Shown here: positions 12,669 through 24,321 of the stretch, in pieces
Position numbering within the stretch: position 1 is the stretch's first letter
Layout: every line of letters starts with the position of its first letter
NCBI GenBank assembly: GCA_905178155.1
Contig: CAJINV010000001.1
Location: 13,491,712-13,555,711 of the forward strand
Direction: 5' to 3'
DNA from: Amoebophrya sp. A120
Taxonomy: Eukaryota > Protista > Dinoflagellata
DNA: 64,000 nt
Translations under genes and position numbers: made by a program
The notes under the pieces: model-generated
Database searches by the model: none
The model's input: the letters and a program-made list of their open reading frames with translations, nothing else
What the model was told of the DNA's origin: nothing

Positions 12669-14184
12669 TCAGAACGTCAAACAACCAAAAAGACATCTTG
12701 GACAAACGCCCCGTCTGTTGACCGAAAAGTGTAGTTGCAAGCTTAGTCAGTCGACCCCTTGGTCTTCCGAAAACTACTGGACTCGCTCTTATTTTCTAGC
12801 GGAAATACTTGAATCCGCAGTTGTACTCACCCGCGCCGCGTGGACGGCTTGTCGCGCTTTTCCAGAACGACGCCTTTCGCCGTTTCGTAGTGCAGATCGT
12901 GCATCTTCTTCTCGAAGGCCAGCAGGTTTTTCTGGAAGCGTTTCGCCGCCTTGGTGTTGGGCGAGGACGTTGCCTTTTGCGCCGCAGCGGCGGACGAGAG
13001 CGGCGGAAACGCGGCGCTCTGTGGGCCCAAATGCGTGAGCGACGGAACCCCGCCCGCTCTGCAGGACCGCTCGCCCGTGGGAGATGACAACCCTGTAGTT
13101 CCAGCGACAACCGCCTGGGCGTACGTTCTGCTAGCGGGGCTAGTCGTGGAGCTGCTCGCGGACTGGACCAGAGTCGGAGCTTGGGCCGTCTGGTGGCTTT
13201 CCGGGAGGGCCGGGGTGGTCATCCGCGAAAACGTCGCAAGTGTATCTGTTAATTTTTGCACAAAAATTTCGGGAGTTGTAGAACGCTGTGCATAATTGGA
13301 CGCGCGGAACTACACCATTAGGGCTTCAAAGTCAAATCGCGCTACAGTCCGTCGACACAAAGACAACAGTGATCATATAGCCACATGCACTACAGTCTAC
13401 GATCAACGACTCAGGTTATACCTGTTTCACTTGGTTCCAGTGTTGATTCCCCGTCGCTTGAAGAGGATACAGCCGGTACCACGTACGAAGGCTCTAGACT
13501 CATAGCACGGAACGTAGACCAAGTGTCACCCGTGGTTTTCGCATCTATCGACGGTGGCGGCGCTCGAAAAACCGGTACTGGGGGTAGCGCCTTCTTTTTC
13601 GCCCTTGTGCTCTTCTCCTGCGTTTTTGTAACAACTGGCTCGTCTGGAACGACAATCGGAATTTCACCTGCCACGTGAAGCGCTGGCGTACCTTCGTCCT
13701 TCTCCAGCCCCAAGCCCGGAGGAAACACAAGGTCAGCCTCGTCGATCAGGAGCGGCTCCTGCGTCACCGCAAAACTAGTAGTATCCCGGTCGTGTGGCGC
13801 AAAAAGGCCGGGCGGCGGCGGAAGTCCGGGGGGTGGGGAAAAGTTTCCACCGATATGGCTGTACTTGTTGCCCTCGTCGACCCAGGGCGGGGGAGAAAAA
13901 GCTACCTCGTCGCTGCTTTTGCTCTCAACATCATTGTTTGCAAAGGCTGTGAAAACTTCTCCTGGCGTGTAGGGTTGCAGTGTCGGTTTCCAGGAGGCGG
14001 GATCGGATACACTACTGTCTCCAGTCTTGCTGTTTCTCCCGGCGCTCCGAGCAACTTTACTGCGCCTCGGCGACGACACCCGCACACCGTGCGTTCCCGA
14101 AAAGGTGGAGAGGGCACAGAATGCGAAGGCGGTCTTCTGAAGGACGCCACGGGCGGTACTGGTGCTGCCGATTGTAGTACACAT
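12669..14184 (-). CDS. Hypothetical secreted Pro-rich protein, 407 aa, 3 exons (14184-13422, 13245-12831, 12714-12669)
   Basis: Signal-peptide-like N-terminus; two GT-AG introns give 1224 nt in frame. Confidence 0.6.
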
Positions 14185-14863
14185 TTTTATGCAAGAATTC
14201 TAAATTGCTGACCCTCTTCAGCAAGCCCAAGCTCGATCTTGACCGATCGGAAAATTATTTTCACGAAGCGAAACGTGACCCTCCCGTGGGGAAAAGAATG
14301 ATTTTTCTACAGGAAGAACTCAAAAGAATGCAAATCCTGGGTAGCCTAGGTTTCTTTGCACATTGCTCAAACATTAAAGTCTTATTGAGAAGGACCCGAA
14401 AGAAGCCGCATCAAAAATGCATTTCGAATCATAAAAGCAAACAAGGATCCGCTTTGTGTCAGAACGCAAGGCGCTGCTGCGAGACACGATAAAGCTACTA
14501 AAAAATCTTGGTTTATAGATCGTCACATCGAGCAAGTGCTTCTGCTTGATCTCAGTCTCATGCTCTATGAATTCCGGATAAACGAAGTTGGAGCTGGGAA
14601 GATTTTCACTGACAAACTTTGCGAACACTTGCACACCAGCCGCTACCGCGATCACCGGCTGAAAAGTGCAAGTGGTGCATGAGACTACAATAGTCGTCAT
14701 AATTTTTCTAATTTTTCTTGCGGCTTGCACCACAGGGACACCCGACAGCAAAAGCTAGCAGTCCAGTCGTGATTTTCAAAATCCAAAACATTCCTTCAAA
14801 ATGTCGCAAAATGGTATAGGAAACTTTACTTCAGAATCAGACGGAGATACGGATGATAAACAG

Positions 14864-15658
14864 CTAGGGCCCGAGAAACCGCAGCAAGGGTTTGAAGCAA
14901 AACTTGCTGCAGAGCCCGCCGCCACTTTGCTGTGCGACATCGTACTCACTGTAGGCCCAGGGTTCGATGCCCGGAGCGTCCTTTTCGGTGCCATCCCAGC
15001 TGATCTTCCAACCCAAGGAGCGCAGGAGAAACCGCATCACCTTCGATTTGCTGAACAAGACGACGTTCACGGTGGAAGCGAGCATCAAAACCGCAAAGGC
15101 AGAGATGCCCAGGGCGGCGCTCCAGTCATAAAACACCGAGGAGTGGCCGCAGGCGGATGCGGAAAAGAAAAACGGGTGGTAGTACACACCCACATACCCC
15201 CACCAGCACTGCTGCCAGGCCTCCAGCTTCGGTTTGTCCGAGCTAGGCGCAGGCTGTGCCCTTCTTCTTCCGTGGTTCTCTTCACCTTCCACGTCGAGGG
15301 AGATGTTGGCTTCTTCCGCATTTGATATTGGCAAGGAATAGGGAAGATTACTGCCCAGTACCAACGCATCCTCTTGCAACGAGCGCTGCGGCTTTAGTAT
15401 CCCCTCCATTTTCGAAGCAACTACATGATTCTTCTCTCGCAACACGCGTGGCTGGGTGTTGATGCTGCTACAGTAGCTGTTGAATCCCAACCAGACGTCC
15501 GCACGCAAAAACGTACTCATCTCCTCCCCGCAATTGCACACCAACGACACCATATTCGAGGCCCACGGGCAATATTTCGCCGTTGGCGAGCAGTACCACT
15601 CGTAAACCGGCCAAAACTTCATATCCAAATTCTCGTAGCCCGCTTGGGGATAGTCCAT
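14864..15658 (-). CDS. Hypothetical membrane protein (boundaries uncertain)
   Basis: 264-aa ORF rich in Cys/Trp with a TM segment (AALGISAFAVLMLASTVNVVLF). Further exons are possible (14374-14751). Confidence 0.45.
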   Translation of the reverse strand: MDYPQAGYENLDMKFWPVYEWYCSPTAKYCPWASNMVSLVCNCGEEMSTFLRADVWLGFNSYCSSINTQPRVLREKNHVVASKMEGILKPQRSLQEDALVLGSNLPYSLPISNAEEANISLDVEGEENHGRRRAQPAPSSDKPKLEAWQQCWWGYVGVYYHPFFFSASACGHSSVFYDWSAALGISAFAVLMLASTVNVVLFSKSKVMRFLLRSLGWKISWDGTEKDAPGIEPWAYSEYDVAQQSGGGLCSKFCFKPLLRFLGP

Positions 15659-15890
15659 GTACTATCGCACGGGAAAAATACGGCCACATGGTACATAAGC
15701 TTCTTTTGACATAGACTTCAATCAACAAATCTAGTAACAAAAAATCTGACTCTGCAAGAACGCCCATGGGCATAGTATCGTCATCCAGCGAGCAAGTCTA
15801 GTACCAACAACGCAATTTCTGTCAACTATCGAGCTTGCATGATGCAAAAAAAATGCGCGGGCATTTGCACGCTGGCGTTATTTTTCCGAC

Positions 15891-18247
15891 TCATATGTCC
15901 TTCCACAGATACACCGGATCCCACAAGCCCGCGTACTCGACGACCGCAGTGGTTGTGGCGGTGTCTGTGGTGTTGGTTGCGCGACCGCTGGTGCCCACCG
16001 TCGCACCGTCTGCTCTGTAGAGCAGGTCCCGATTGGACATATCGGAACCCTCCACATCCAGGAGGCGGAAATCATTCACGTTGGCCTCGTATCGAATGCA
16101 AATCTGCCACTGCCTGCATGGAGGTCCTACCATAAAAATTCTGTTACTTCTTGAACTTCTTCGTGTACGACATTCAGGTAGAAGGTATTTTATTGCGAAG
16201 AGAGTCGCAATGAATGCATAGGCTTTCTCATCATTGAAGATTCTATTCTGCTACTGTACAACATCGTGCTTTGGTCGTGTGGTGAGGAAGAACCTACTGT
16301 CTATCAGGGCGCCCTACGCTCTCCTCAAGTTGAGCTGAACGTGCGAGTCGCGCGATTCCAGCAGTAAAGTGCAGGCAGAGACGCATCAGCATCTATAGAA
16401 TTAGTATTTCCTCGCATACCTTGTCCCGAAAATCCAATAGCAGCACGTAATTGCGAACGCAGGTATCCGAGGCGAACCAGCGGACGTCCAGATTGCCACT
16501 GAAGGGCGCGAACACCTCGGTGTCGTAACACTCCTCGGGGTTCCGGATTGAGTCCGCGTCGATCGCGGGCACGCTGCCCGTCGCCGCCGTCCGCGCGAGC
16601 AAGGCCGAGACGGAGTGCGCGAAAAAGTACTTGCAGTTGGCGATGCGGTACAGGGCACAGAAGGGACTTCCGTTCCGGCACAGCTGCGTCTGCGCCAGGT
16701 CCCCCCGACAGTACTGTGTGGAGCCAAACAAAAGATTGCCCTCCGTCAGGTGCGTGCTGTCGCCGCGCACGAACGTCGCGTCGGTCGGCGGCAGCTTCAG
16801 GTAGAACGCATCAGACGCTTGCATCGCTTGGCTCTGGTCCGTGAGCCGGCTATCCTCGGCCACGTTCGCCATCTCGGCAAAGAGCCCAAACGCGAATCCC
16901 CCGTACAGCATGCGCAAGTAGGTTACCAGAAACAGCAACTCCACAAACCCGAGAAACCGGAACAGGTTCGCGCCTTGTGGCTAATACCGGGGAAAAATTC
17001 AAACTGCATAGACTCTGGGTGAAAGAAATCGCAAGTGAAACTGATGCAGAGTTACTTGCAAGGAAAGCTGTCTGAGTACAACCAGAGAGGACGACCCAGC
17101 AGATCATGATATTCTGTGATGTTTATCCGTAGTGCGACGCTGAAAATGATGCGGCACCTTTCAAAGGCAATGTTCGTTCGGACTTCTTAACTTCCCTCGG
17201 CCTACTGTGTTCTGTTTGTAGTAATTGACAGTGATCCCGTAACACGCGTCGACCACCATGCCGCTGTAGGATTGCCGGCGCAGGTGTGCCACTTGGATCA
17301 GCTCGGAGGGCATGTTGCCGAAGTGCTTTAGTGCGCTCCGGAGCGCCCGGCACAACACGAGCTTCAGGAAAGCGAGAATGGTGAGCGCAGTCAAACAGAC
17401 GCGTAGCTGCAGCTTGCTGCTGCCCGGACACGCATGCAACGCCAACTGGTCGCCGTCACAAGAAATCGCCTTGCCCGTCTTCTCGCGGTACAGGTAGCGG
17501 CCCATTATGCATAGGTGCGGCACGGTCAGTTCGTTCTCGGTGACATCTGCGTAGGCCTGGTTGATCGGACACTCGAGGTCCACCTCTTGTGCCAAGTCAA
17601 AGAAGACCAGGGCGATCACGAAGAAGAAAGCCAGCACGAAGTACAGGTAGGACATATGGAAGTGTCAGAATCGACATTGGCAAAATCGAAATGATTTGCC
17701 ATGCATAAAATGGATTCCAGTTCGAACCCAGTTTCTAGGTGGCGCATCACAAATGATCCTGGTGGTGCCTAAATCCAGTTTGTAATGCTGTTTAGGCAAA
17801 GAAGACTGGTTCTCTCATGCTGCTTTAGCAGCTCGAGCTATAACCCCAAACAGGCTTAAATCGGCCTCACTTGCCTGCTCTGCAACACACGTATTTCGCG
17901 TCATGCATTTTATGCAACACAAATTTTTCGATTTTGTCAATTTCGATTCTGGCAGTTCCATAGGACACCCATTGAAAGTAGAAATGCAGGTGATACGACC
18001 GCCGGCGGAACCGCCACTCCACCTCGTACCACTCCGCCAGCTCGCGCAGCAGGTACTTCACGCCCGGAATTTGCAAGCATCCGTCCTTGACGCAGCGACG
18101 CACCCGACCGCCAAGGGTGCGCTGCTTGGGCCCGCCGACGGAGGACGCGGCGCCGGGCTCCGCGTTCTGTCCGTCGGCATCAGGAACGACTGTGGTAGCT
18201 TGCGCCTTGCCACCTGAGGCTTTATTGCCCGCGCCCCCGCTGCTCAT
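15891..18247 (-). CDS. Hypothetical multi-pass membrane protein, about 500 aa, 4 exons (18247-17964, 17650-17206, 16980-16420, 16103-15891)
   Basis: GC3-biased blocks. Removing the TIR intron gives ...FQWVS|YLYFVLAF...; two further GT-AG introns are less certain; total 1503 nt in frame. Confidence 0.6.
17655..17962. mobile_element. Introner-like TIR element (313-nt intron, about 17651-17963)
   Basis: About 60-bp TIR (TATGGAAGTGTCAGAATCGACATTGGCAAAATCGAAA / TATGGAACTGCCAGAATCGAAATTGACAAAATCGAAA); perfect duplication GGACA at 17650-17654 and 17963-17967. Confidence 0.9.
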
Positions 18248-18774
18248 GCTGCCGAGGCCGGGTGGGGTGGGTGCGTGCGAGTCTTCATGATGTTTTGCAC
18301 GCGGACATAGAACGGCCACGGCCGCGTCATGGTTGTTCTGCCTGCTTTGCGGCGATGTTGGAAGAACGTGTTTCGTACGCTCGCAAAACAGCGCCTTCGT
18401 TAATTTCGCAGAGCCACTGACTCGCTCTCTCACACGCTTCACTCGGAGTGCAACTCTTTCCGCGTAAAGCAGAGGTCCGCAATGCAGTTCAGAACAAAGA
18501 AACCGCGTCCGCCTCTCGCAATCCCGGATTACATCACGAGAAATCCAAGGAGCGACGCACCTTAGCTGCCTTCCAGGTAACCTGAGCTGAGGACGGCACA
18601 CTAGATGGAAAAACGATATCAAAACATATTGAGGTGCGGGGACGTTGATGATGTTTTCAGTAACTGTCGACGCGGAAGGGCGATTGATAGCAAGTTCTCG
18701 GTTCAGATAAAAACGCACTTGTTGACTCGATGGATTGCCAACACCTTCTGTCGCTTCCTGCAGGTGCGGTCATT

Positions 18775-21141
18775 TTAGTCATTCACTAGCGGCAGGGGCT
18801 CCTCCTGTCCCTGCCTATTTGTTCCCGCCCCTGGCTCTCCGTACTGCTCGAGCAGAGCACTCGACAAAAAGTCTAGGTAGACGCGCTGCGCAGAATCTGG
18901 CACGTCGCCAAAGCTGTTAACCTTGATCCATGGATCCGCTCGCTCATCGTCAAAGTCCTCGTGCGAGTGCAATTGTGCCCCAGCGCCAGGTGCCTTGACA
19001 GCTGCAACTTCGGGCACTTCTCCTGAAGAGGTTTTTTGAGTTTTACTCGTGCCGCTTTTCTTCGTGTCTTTTTTCGCTTTTGTTTTGCTCGCGCCCTCAG
19101 TTTCGGAATGCGTGCGCTTTGTCTGTGCATTGTCGTCCGAAGAGTCCGACAAAATGACAACTTCGTCCTCTTCACTATCCGAAACACTCTCGACCACGGA
19201 CTTGCCGTCGATTTCTTGCACAGACGGCGCAGGAACTCCGGCTCTTCGCAGGTCTTCCAACAACTTTGCTCGTGCTGCCTCACCATCTGGATCTCCAATC
19301 GTGACGCTGTTGTAAACACTGTTGTAGTTGTAAAACACGAGGCAAAACCGCTTCCCCACGAAAGCCTCGGTGCCGTGCAAGACGCCGCCCGAGAATAGAA
19401 GTGCAGTGTGGTTAATGTCGAAGAATGTGCCAGCCGTTCCGTCGAGCGTCCCCGCCTCGCCAACGGCACGAGAGCCATCTATCCGGCGCGGCGGAGGAAG
19501 GTTGGCACCCTTCGTGTCGTCCGAGGCAACGAAAATTCGGCCGCCAGTGTAGGTTCCCAGGCAGATCGCCATACTGTATAGACCCGGCACATTGCCGCGA
19601 TCCCTGTGCAGTTTGGTCTGGATGCTGGCGTTGATTGTGATTGATGTGTACTTCCTTGCCATGGACAGCAACCGTGCCTGTTCTTGCCGGCGCGCTCGCT
19701 TGAGAGTTTTAGTCGTCACCGACGGCTTGACCCCACTCCACAGCTTGGCGTGGTACGAATTCAGCAGATGCGCAAACCACTGGCCGCGCGGATGCTTCGT
19801 GAAGCGGCTAAGCTGGCTCCGGTAGGTCTTGTCGAACAGCTTGGTCGTTGCACCGATGGTGACGCCCTGAAGCGGCCGCGCCGCGGCCTCCTCCCGCCGG
19901 ATGCCCTTGCGCCCACGGACTATGTGCCTGCCGTGCGCGAAAAGCTGCTGCAGGTGCTGCACCAGGTCCCTCTCCTGCTTCGCCCCGCTTTGCGCTCGAA
20001 TTTGCGAACGCACTGATTCCGGAAGCCGGAAAATTTCTACGCCATTGCCATGATGGGCGTCTGGGTCGAATGGCATGACCTCGCCAGGCGAGAAGTCCTC
20101 CTCGCTGTACAGCTGATTCTCCAACGGACCTCCCTGCGCTTCGTCTTCCCTCGCGACTTCGTTCATCGCTTGGTCCTGTCGCATGGTGAGAAAAGCCTCG
20201 TACAACCGAATGGCCGTCGAAGAACTTACGTTCGAATTTGTCCCCCGCATAACGTACCCGAGCGAGTTTGCCGGAACGTGACCCAGGACGATGCAGCGAC
20301 GAAACAGCCCTGCCGCAGCAGAGATCCCGCGGACAGGCCAGTGGCGGCAAGTCGCATAAACTGGAGCCGCTTCGATCGGAGTAACGACCGCGGCGTCCGC
20401 ACGGTCAACTTTCTGGTCCCCGAAAAGCGGCTTTACAAACCAGAGACGCCCAGGCGGGATGGTCACTTCGCGCCATATGTACCCAAAGTGCGTGCCGTCC
20501 ATGCCCGTTTCTGCAATCCGTTTTTCAGCGGTTGCGGCGCGGATCGCTGCGAGCGCCTTCGCAGTGTCCGCATCCTCGCGGTAGCAATTTTCCAGCGGAT
20601 TCCAGAAGTCTGTAGATTCTCGCAGCACTTCGAAAATGTCACCGAAGCCGGACGTTCCCGGCGTCCGTTGCTGCCGCACATCACCTGATGTCAGTCGCTG
20701 CTTTTGTAGCATCTCGGCGCGCACGTGAGAAGGCGTGCCGCAACGGCCGACGCGGACCATCACCACCGAAAAGGCGGGCCACGAGGAAGGAGACCCATCA
20801 AACGCCCACCAATCTGCGGGGTAATTACTCGCAAGCGCTTTCGTCATCTCGTCTGGGTTGCGAAAACGGCCGAAAGCACGAATAGCTGCTTGTGCGTGCG
20901 CGCCTGCGTCAAAAAATGGAACGAGCGACAAGGAATCCAGTCCAGCATTGTCCTCCGTTACTGCAACAAGTGCCGTCTCAGTTTCGTCTGGAACTACATC
21001 CGGACTGGCAGTAGTTGAGGACACAATTCGCGAAAGCGAATTCGACGCGCTGCTGAGACTCATGGCATTCTGCTCTACAGTGCGGCCACTATTGGTTCTC
21101 GAAGACGACGCGCTCGAGCTTGAAGACGCAGAGTAGGACAT
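18775..21141 (-). CDS. 788-aa protein with a C-terminal TET/JBP-like 2OG-Fe(II) dioxygenase domain
   Basis: YTSITIN...HRDRGN (HxD), LGTYTGG, distal His in VLHGTE and 2OG-binding Arg in KRFCLVFY; single exon. Confidence 0.75.
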   Translation of the reverse strand: MSYSASSSSSASSSRTNSGRTVEQNAMSLSSASNSLSRIVSSTTASPDVVPDETETALVAVTEDNAGLDSLSLVPFFDAGAHAQAAIRAFGRFRNPDEMTKALASNYPADWWAFDGSPSSWPAFSVVMVRVGRCGTPSHVRAEMLQKQRLTSGDVRQQRTPGTSGFGDIFEVLRESTDFWNPLENCYREDADTAKALAAIRAATAEKRIAETGMDGTHFGYIWREVTIPPGRLWFVKPLFGDQKVDRADAAVVTPIEAAPVYATCRHWPVRGISAAAGLFRRCIVLGHVPANSLGYVMRGTNSNVSSSTAIRLYEAFLTMRQDQAMNEVAREDEAQGGPLENQLYSEEDFSPGEVMPFDPDAHHGNGVEIFRLPESVRSQIRAQSGAKQERDLVQHLQQLFAHGRHIVRGRKGIRREEAAARPLQGVTIGATTKLFDKTYRSQLSRFTKHPRGQWFAHLLNSYHAKLWSGVKPSVTTKTLKRARRQEQARLLSMARKYTSITINASIQTKLHRDRGNVPGLYSMAICLGTYTGGRIFVASDDTKGANLPPPRRIDGSRAVGEAGTLDGTAGTFFDINHTALLFSGGVLHGTEAFVGKRFCLVFYNYNSVYNSVTIGDPDGEAARAKLLEDLRRAGVPAPSVQEIDGKSVVESVSDSEEDEVVILSDSSDDNAQTKRTHSETEGASKTKAKKDTKKSGTSKTQKTSSGEVPEVAAVKAPGAGAQLHSHEDFDDERADPWIKVNSFGDVPDSAQRVYLDFLSSALLEQYGEPGAGTNRQGQEEPLPLVND

Positions 21142-21708
21142 TTTTTTCCGTGGTCTCCAATACTTTTTTCCAGCTCACAAAATCACGCGGCTTACATTTT
21201 TTCTCTATGCCGAAACAGCACGAATAGGGGCGAATAGCCTATAGCCACATTTCGCTGGTCTCTGGAAGGCTGCGACAATTTCTTACCCACCATAATTGCA
21301 CAAGAAGAAACCAGACAGGAACTACTCCTCGACTGCGTACGGAACAGTTCGCGATCACTGAAAAAAGTGACAAGACCTAGCCGACTTGTGGACAATGATC
21401 AGATCCGGACCTGGCTACGCATTCCACATGAAATCGCACGAACAGGAGTTTCAAGGTTTCACGTTCGCAACAAGTCATAGGAAACACACCGCGCTAGCCG
21501 ACGATTGTGAACAACAATGTATAAAAATTTCTTCCTGCACAGATTACCGCCATTTCGGAGGCCAACTGTTGTACTTCAAGGATTCAAAGTATTCAGATCT
21601 CAATTTCACGTGTTGGTCCAATGAGCGCATGTCAGTCTGCGGAACCTATGTATCAGTCTTCGTGCTACTGTCGTGCGCAAAGCATGAGATTTCTCCCGAT
21701 CTCTCTCA

Positions 21709-22240
21709 TTACTTCGCAACAGTCCAGAATTCTCGCTTTTTCGCCGCCAGGTCGTAATTCGCCATGCCGGATCCTCCGCCACTTGCTATCCCGCTCGTGA
21801 TTATCTGATTATGACAAAAGCAAAACAGAGTCGTGACAAGCGAGGTGCATGAGAAGAAGCGTTGGACGTTACTTGAAGTTGAAACAAAATACTGCGGACT
21901 AAAAAAGCAACTATACCCCAAGAATCATGCCCACCAGCGTGACGAAGAGAAGAATCGACACAAAAACCAGTCTCCCCACCCGTGTGCGCACGTCGACCTG
22001 GTGCTCGCACGAAGGTCCGGAATAGGGCGCCTTGCACCAGCACACGTTATCCTGACACATAGATCTGCCCGCTGTGCACTCGGGTGTGCATGCCGCTGTC
22101 ACGAACTGTATCGATGTTCCGTGTTGCAGAACCACCAGCAGGGCGGAAAAGAAAAGCTGCAGCCATCGTTGCGATATTGGTAGCCCCTGCCTTCTTCGTG
22201 GCGCTGCAGCGAGTCGTCTGTGCGACGTGAGGCCGCGCAT
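21709..22240 (-). CDS. Small EGF-domain single-pass membrane protein, 139 aa, 2 exons (22240-21917, 21804-21709)
   Basis: Hydrophobic signal, six-Cys EGF motif (C...CWCKAPYSGPSCE), TM helix, and GT-AG intron 21805-21916. Confidence 0.75.
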
Positions 22241-24321
22241 AGTGTTCTGCGTGGGGCCTTATGTGATGCGAGCCCCCGTCGAAAACACCCCCATCCACAG
22301 CGTATTTCGCATTTATTGATTCTCAAAAATTGGCGCCGTCAGCCCTGGTATCGATAGACATTAGCAATTCGAAACTTCTAGGTACAGGCGTTCAGAAGGA
22401 GCTAAGCACATGCAGCTTCAGAATTTTAGAAAGGTAACAGCACCACCAGCGCTTTCTACTGCAGCAACTGAAAAACGTCTCTCAGTAAACTTGCCTCCTG
22501 AAGAAAACACTCCTCGATCTCTGGAAGAAAGCTACATTTCGTATCATCTCCCTCCGGGTCCGCTCTCCTGCTTTTCCCACGATCGTTTTCTCAATCCGGG
22601 TGCATGACGCCCTCCGTCACTCCAAAAACTTTCTGCTGTCGCTCTGCAGTTGTGCGCCCCCACATCTTCTGAAGTGTGCCCGCTCTCGGTCTCGCCAGGG
22701 ACCAAGGAGAAATTCACCGGAAAAGAGGGCTGCGCAACATCCATCGCCATCGCGACACTCAACGAAAGTGTCACGGCAGAGATACTTTTAATCATGACAG
22801 ACTGGCGACGCAAGGTCGATACTGAAAAATTCTGAATTACTGAGGACATCTTTAAGGCATCTGGAAGATCAGGTAGTAGTCATTCACAGTAAAAAATCAT
22901 AGTCACAAACGAAACTGTGGCAGCCAGGCTGCGAAGTAGAAACGCTCTTTTTGACAAGTATGTATCTAGCTGTCTATGTTTTCTTCTGAATTGGATTCGA
23001 ACCACTCCCGAAAAAGTGAATCACCTTTTCCGGTAGAGCTAAGCATGTTAGATTAATGCCGCTTCACAACTACTGCACCAGCGACAATACGACGTAAATG
23101 AAACTATTCCCTTTTAGTTATGTCGTCAACAATATTTTCACCGACGAAACCGAAACTGATAGGCAAACACGCAGAAGAGCAACGTTGATTTAGAGATACG
23201 AAAAATCTATGAAACTACACTCGCAAGTAAGGCGAGGTGGAGTAGAAGTCGGAAATTCATCTTCCCAAGAGTCAATCACGACAAGAGACAGCAACGGTAA
23301 GAGGCGAGGGCGGCAGGTGAACACTGACATAAAAGAACTCGAACTCTCCGTCTCGTCACAGGAAATCAATCGCGTAGCGGTGGTAAGTAGACAACTATTC
23401 CCAAGTAGTAAAATACCTAAAGGAGTCAAAGTTAAACATCTTAGTCTGGAGGCTGCTGCTGAAGTTACAGGTTGAAGCCGAATGCATCTACGCCCATGCG
23501 ACGCTTGTGTAGTACGTACCCTGTGGGTGTGTGTAATAAATACGCGAAGGCAAACTGATGTTGATTTTCACGGAAGCAAAATGCTGTGTGGAATAAGTAT
23601 CTGCTCTACTACTAAAAACTTCAACACATTTTCCCATTTTGCATGAATAAAGTCTGAAAATTCCGTAATAGAGCCATTGTACAAAGAGTTGACGACAGAA
23701 ACGCAAACGGGCACCCCAACGGAGGAACCGGCTCGCGCATCTGCAACTTTATCAAAAGTCTGTAGTCAATCAGTCACCTTGTTTCCTATATCAATTACAC
23801 AACAGAATCTGATTCCCCTAGCGTCGTCGATCATCCCGCCCGAAAAGCTTCCCGTTCAGATATTTCTATCAAAAAGACAAAACTAACGTAGTGCGAAACG
23901 AGAAAGAAACTCATATTTATTCATACAAAACTGGCGAAAGGCAAAGCTTGGTCAAAAAATCAAAAGGTTATTAAGGTATTACTTCTCTTGCGCGGTTGAT
24001 TCGGATATTTCTTTCTCCTCTGCTACTATGTCTGCGAGTACTCTGTCAGTGTTCTATTCCGTTGAAATTTGAGTACCGATCCCTGATTTTATTCTCCGTA
24101 GCAGCAGGGCGTAATGGCTCGTTTTTTTACCTTTCGTGATTTTCAATAAACACTCCAGGTCTATCAGAAAGAAAAGAAACTACGTAAAGAAGAACTGGAA
24201 TAATTAGTTCGTCGTGCTTTTATCCCTCTCTTTTTCGTCAGCGGCGCCGTGAAAAAAGGAGCGACAAAATTGCGCAAAACTCCTTTCTGCTGCTCTGTGT
24301 TGAGCAGACCTACACTGATCG

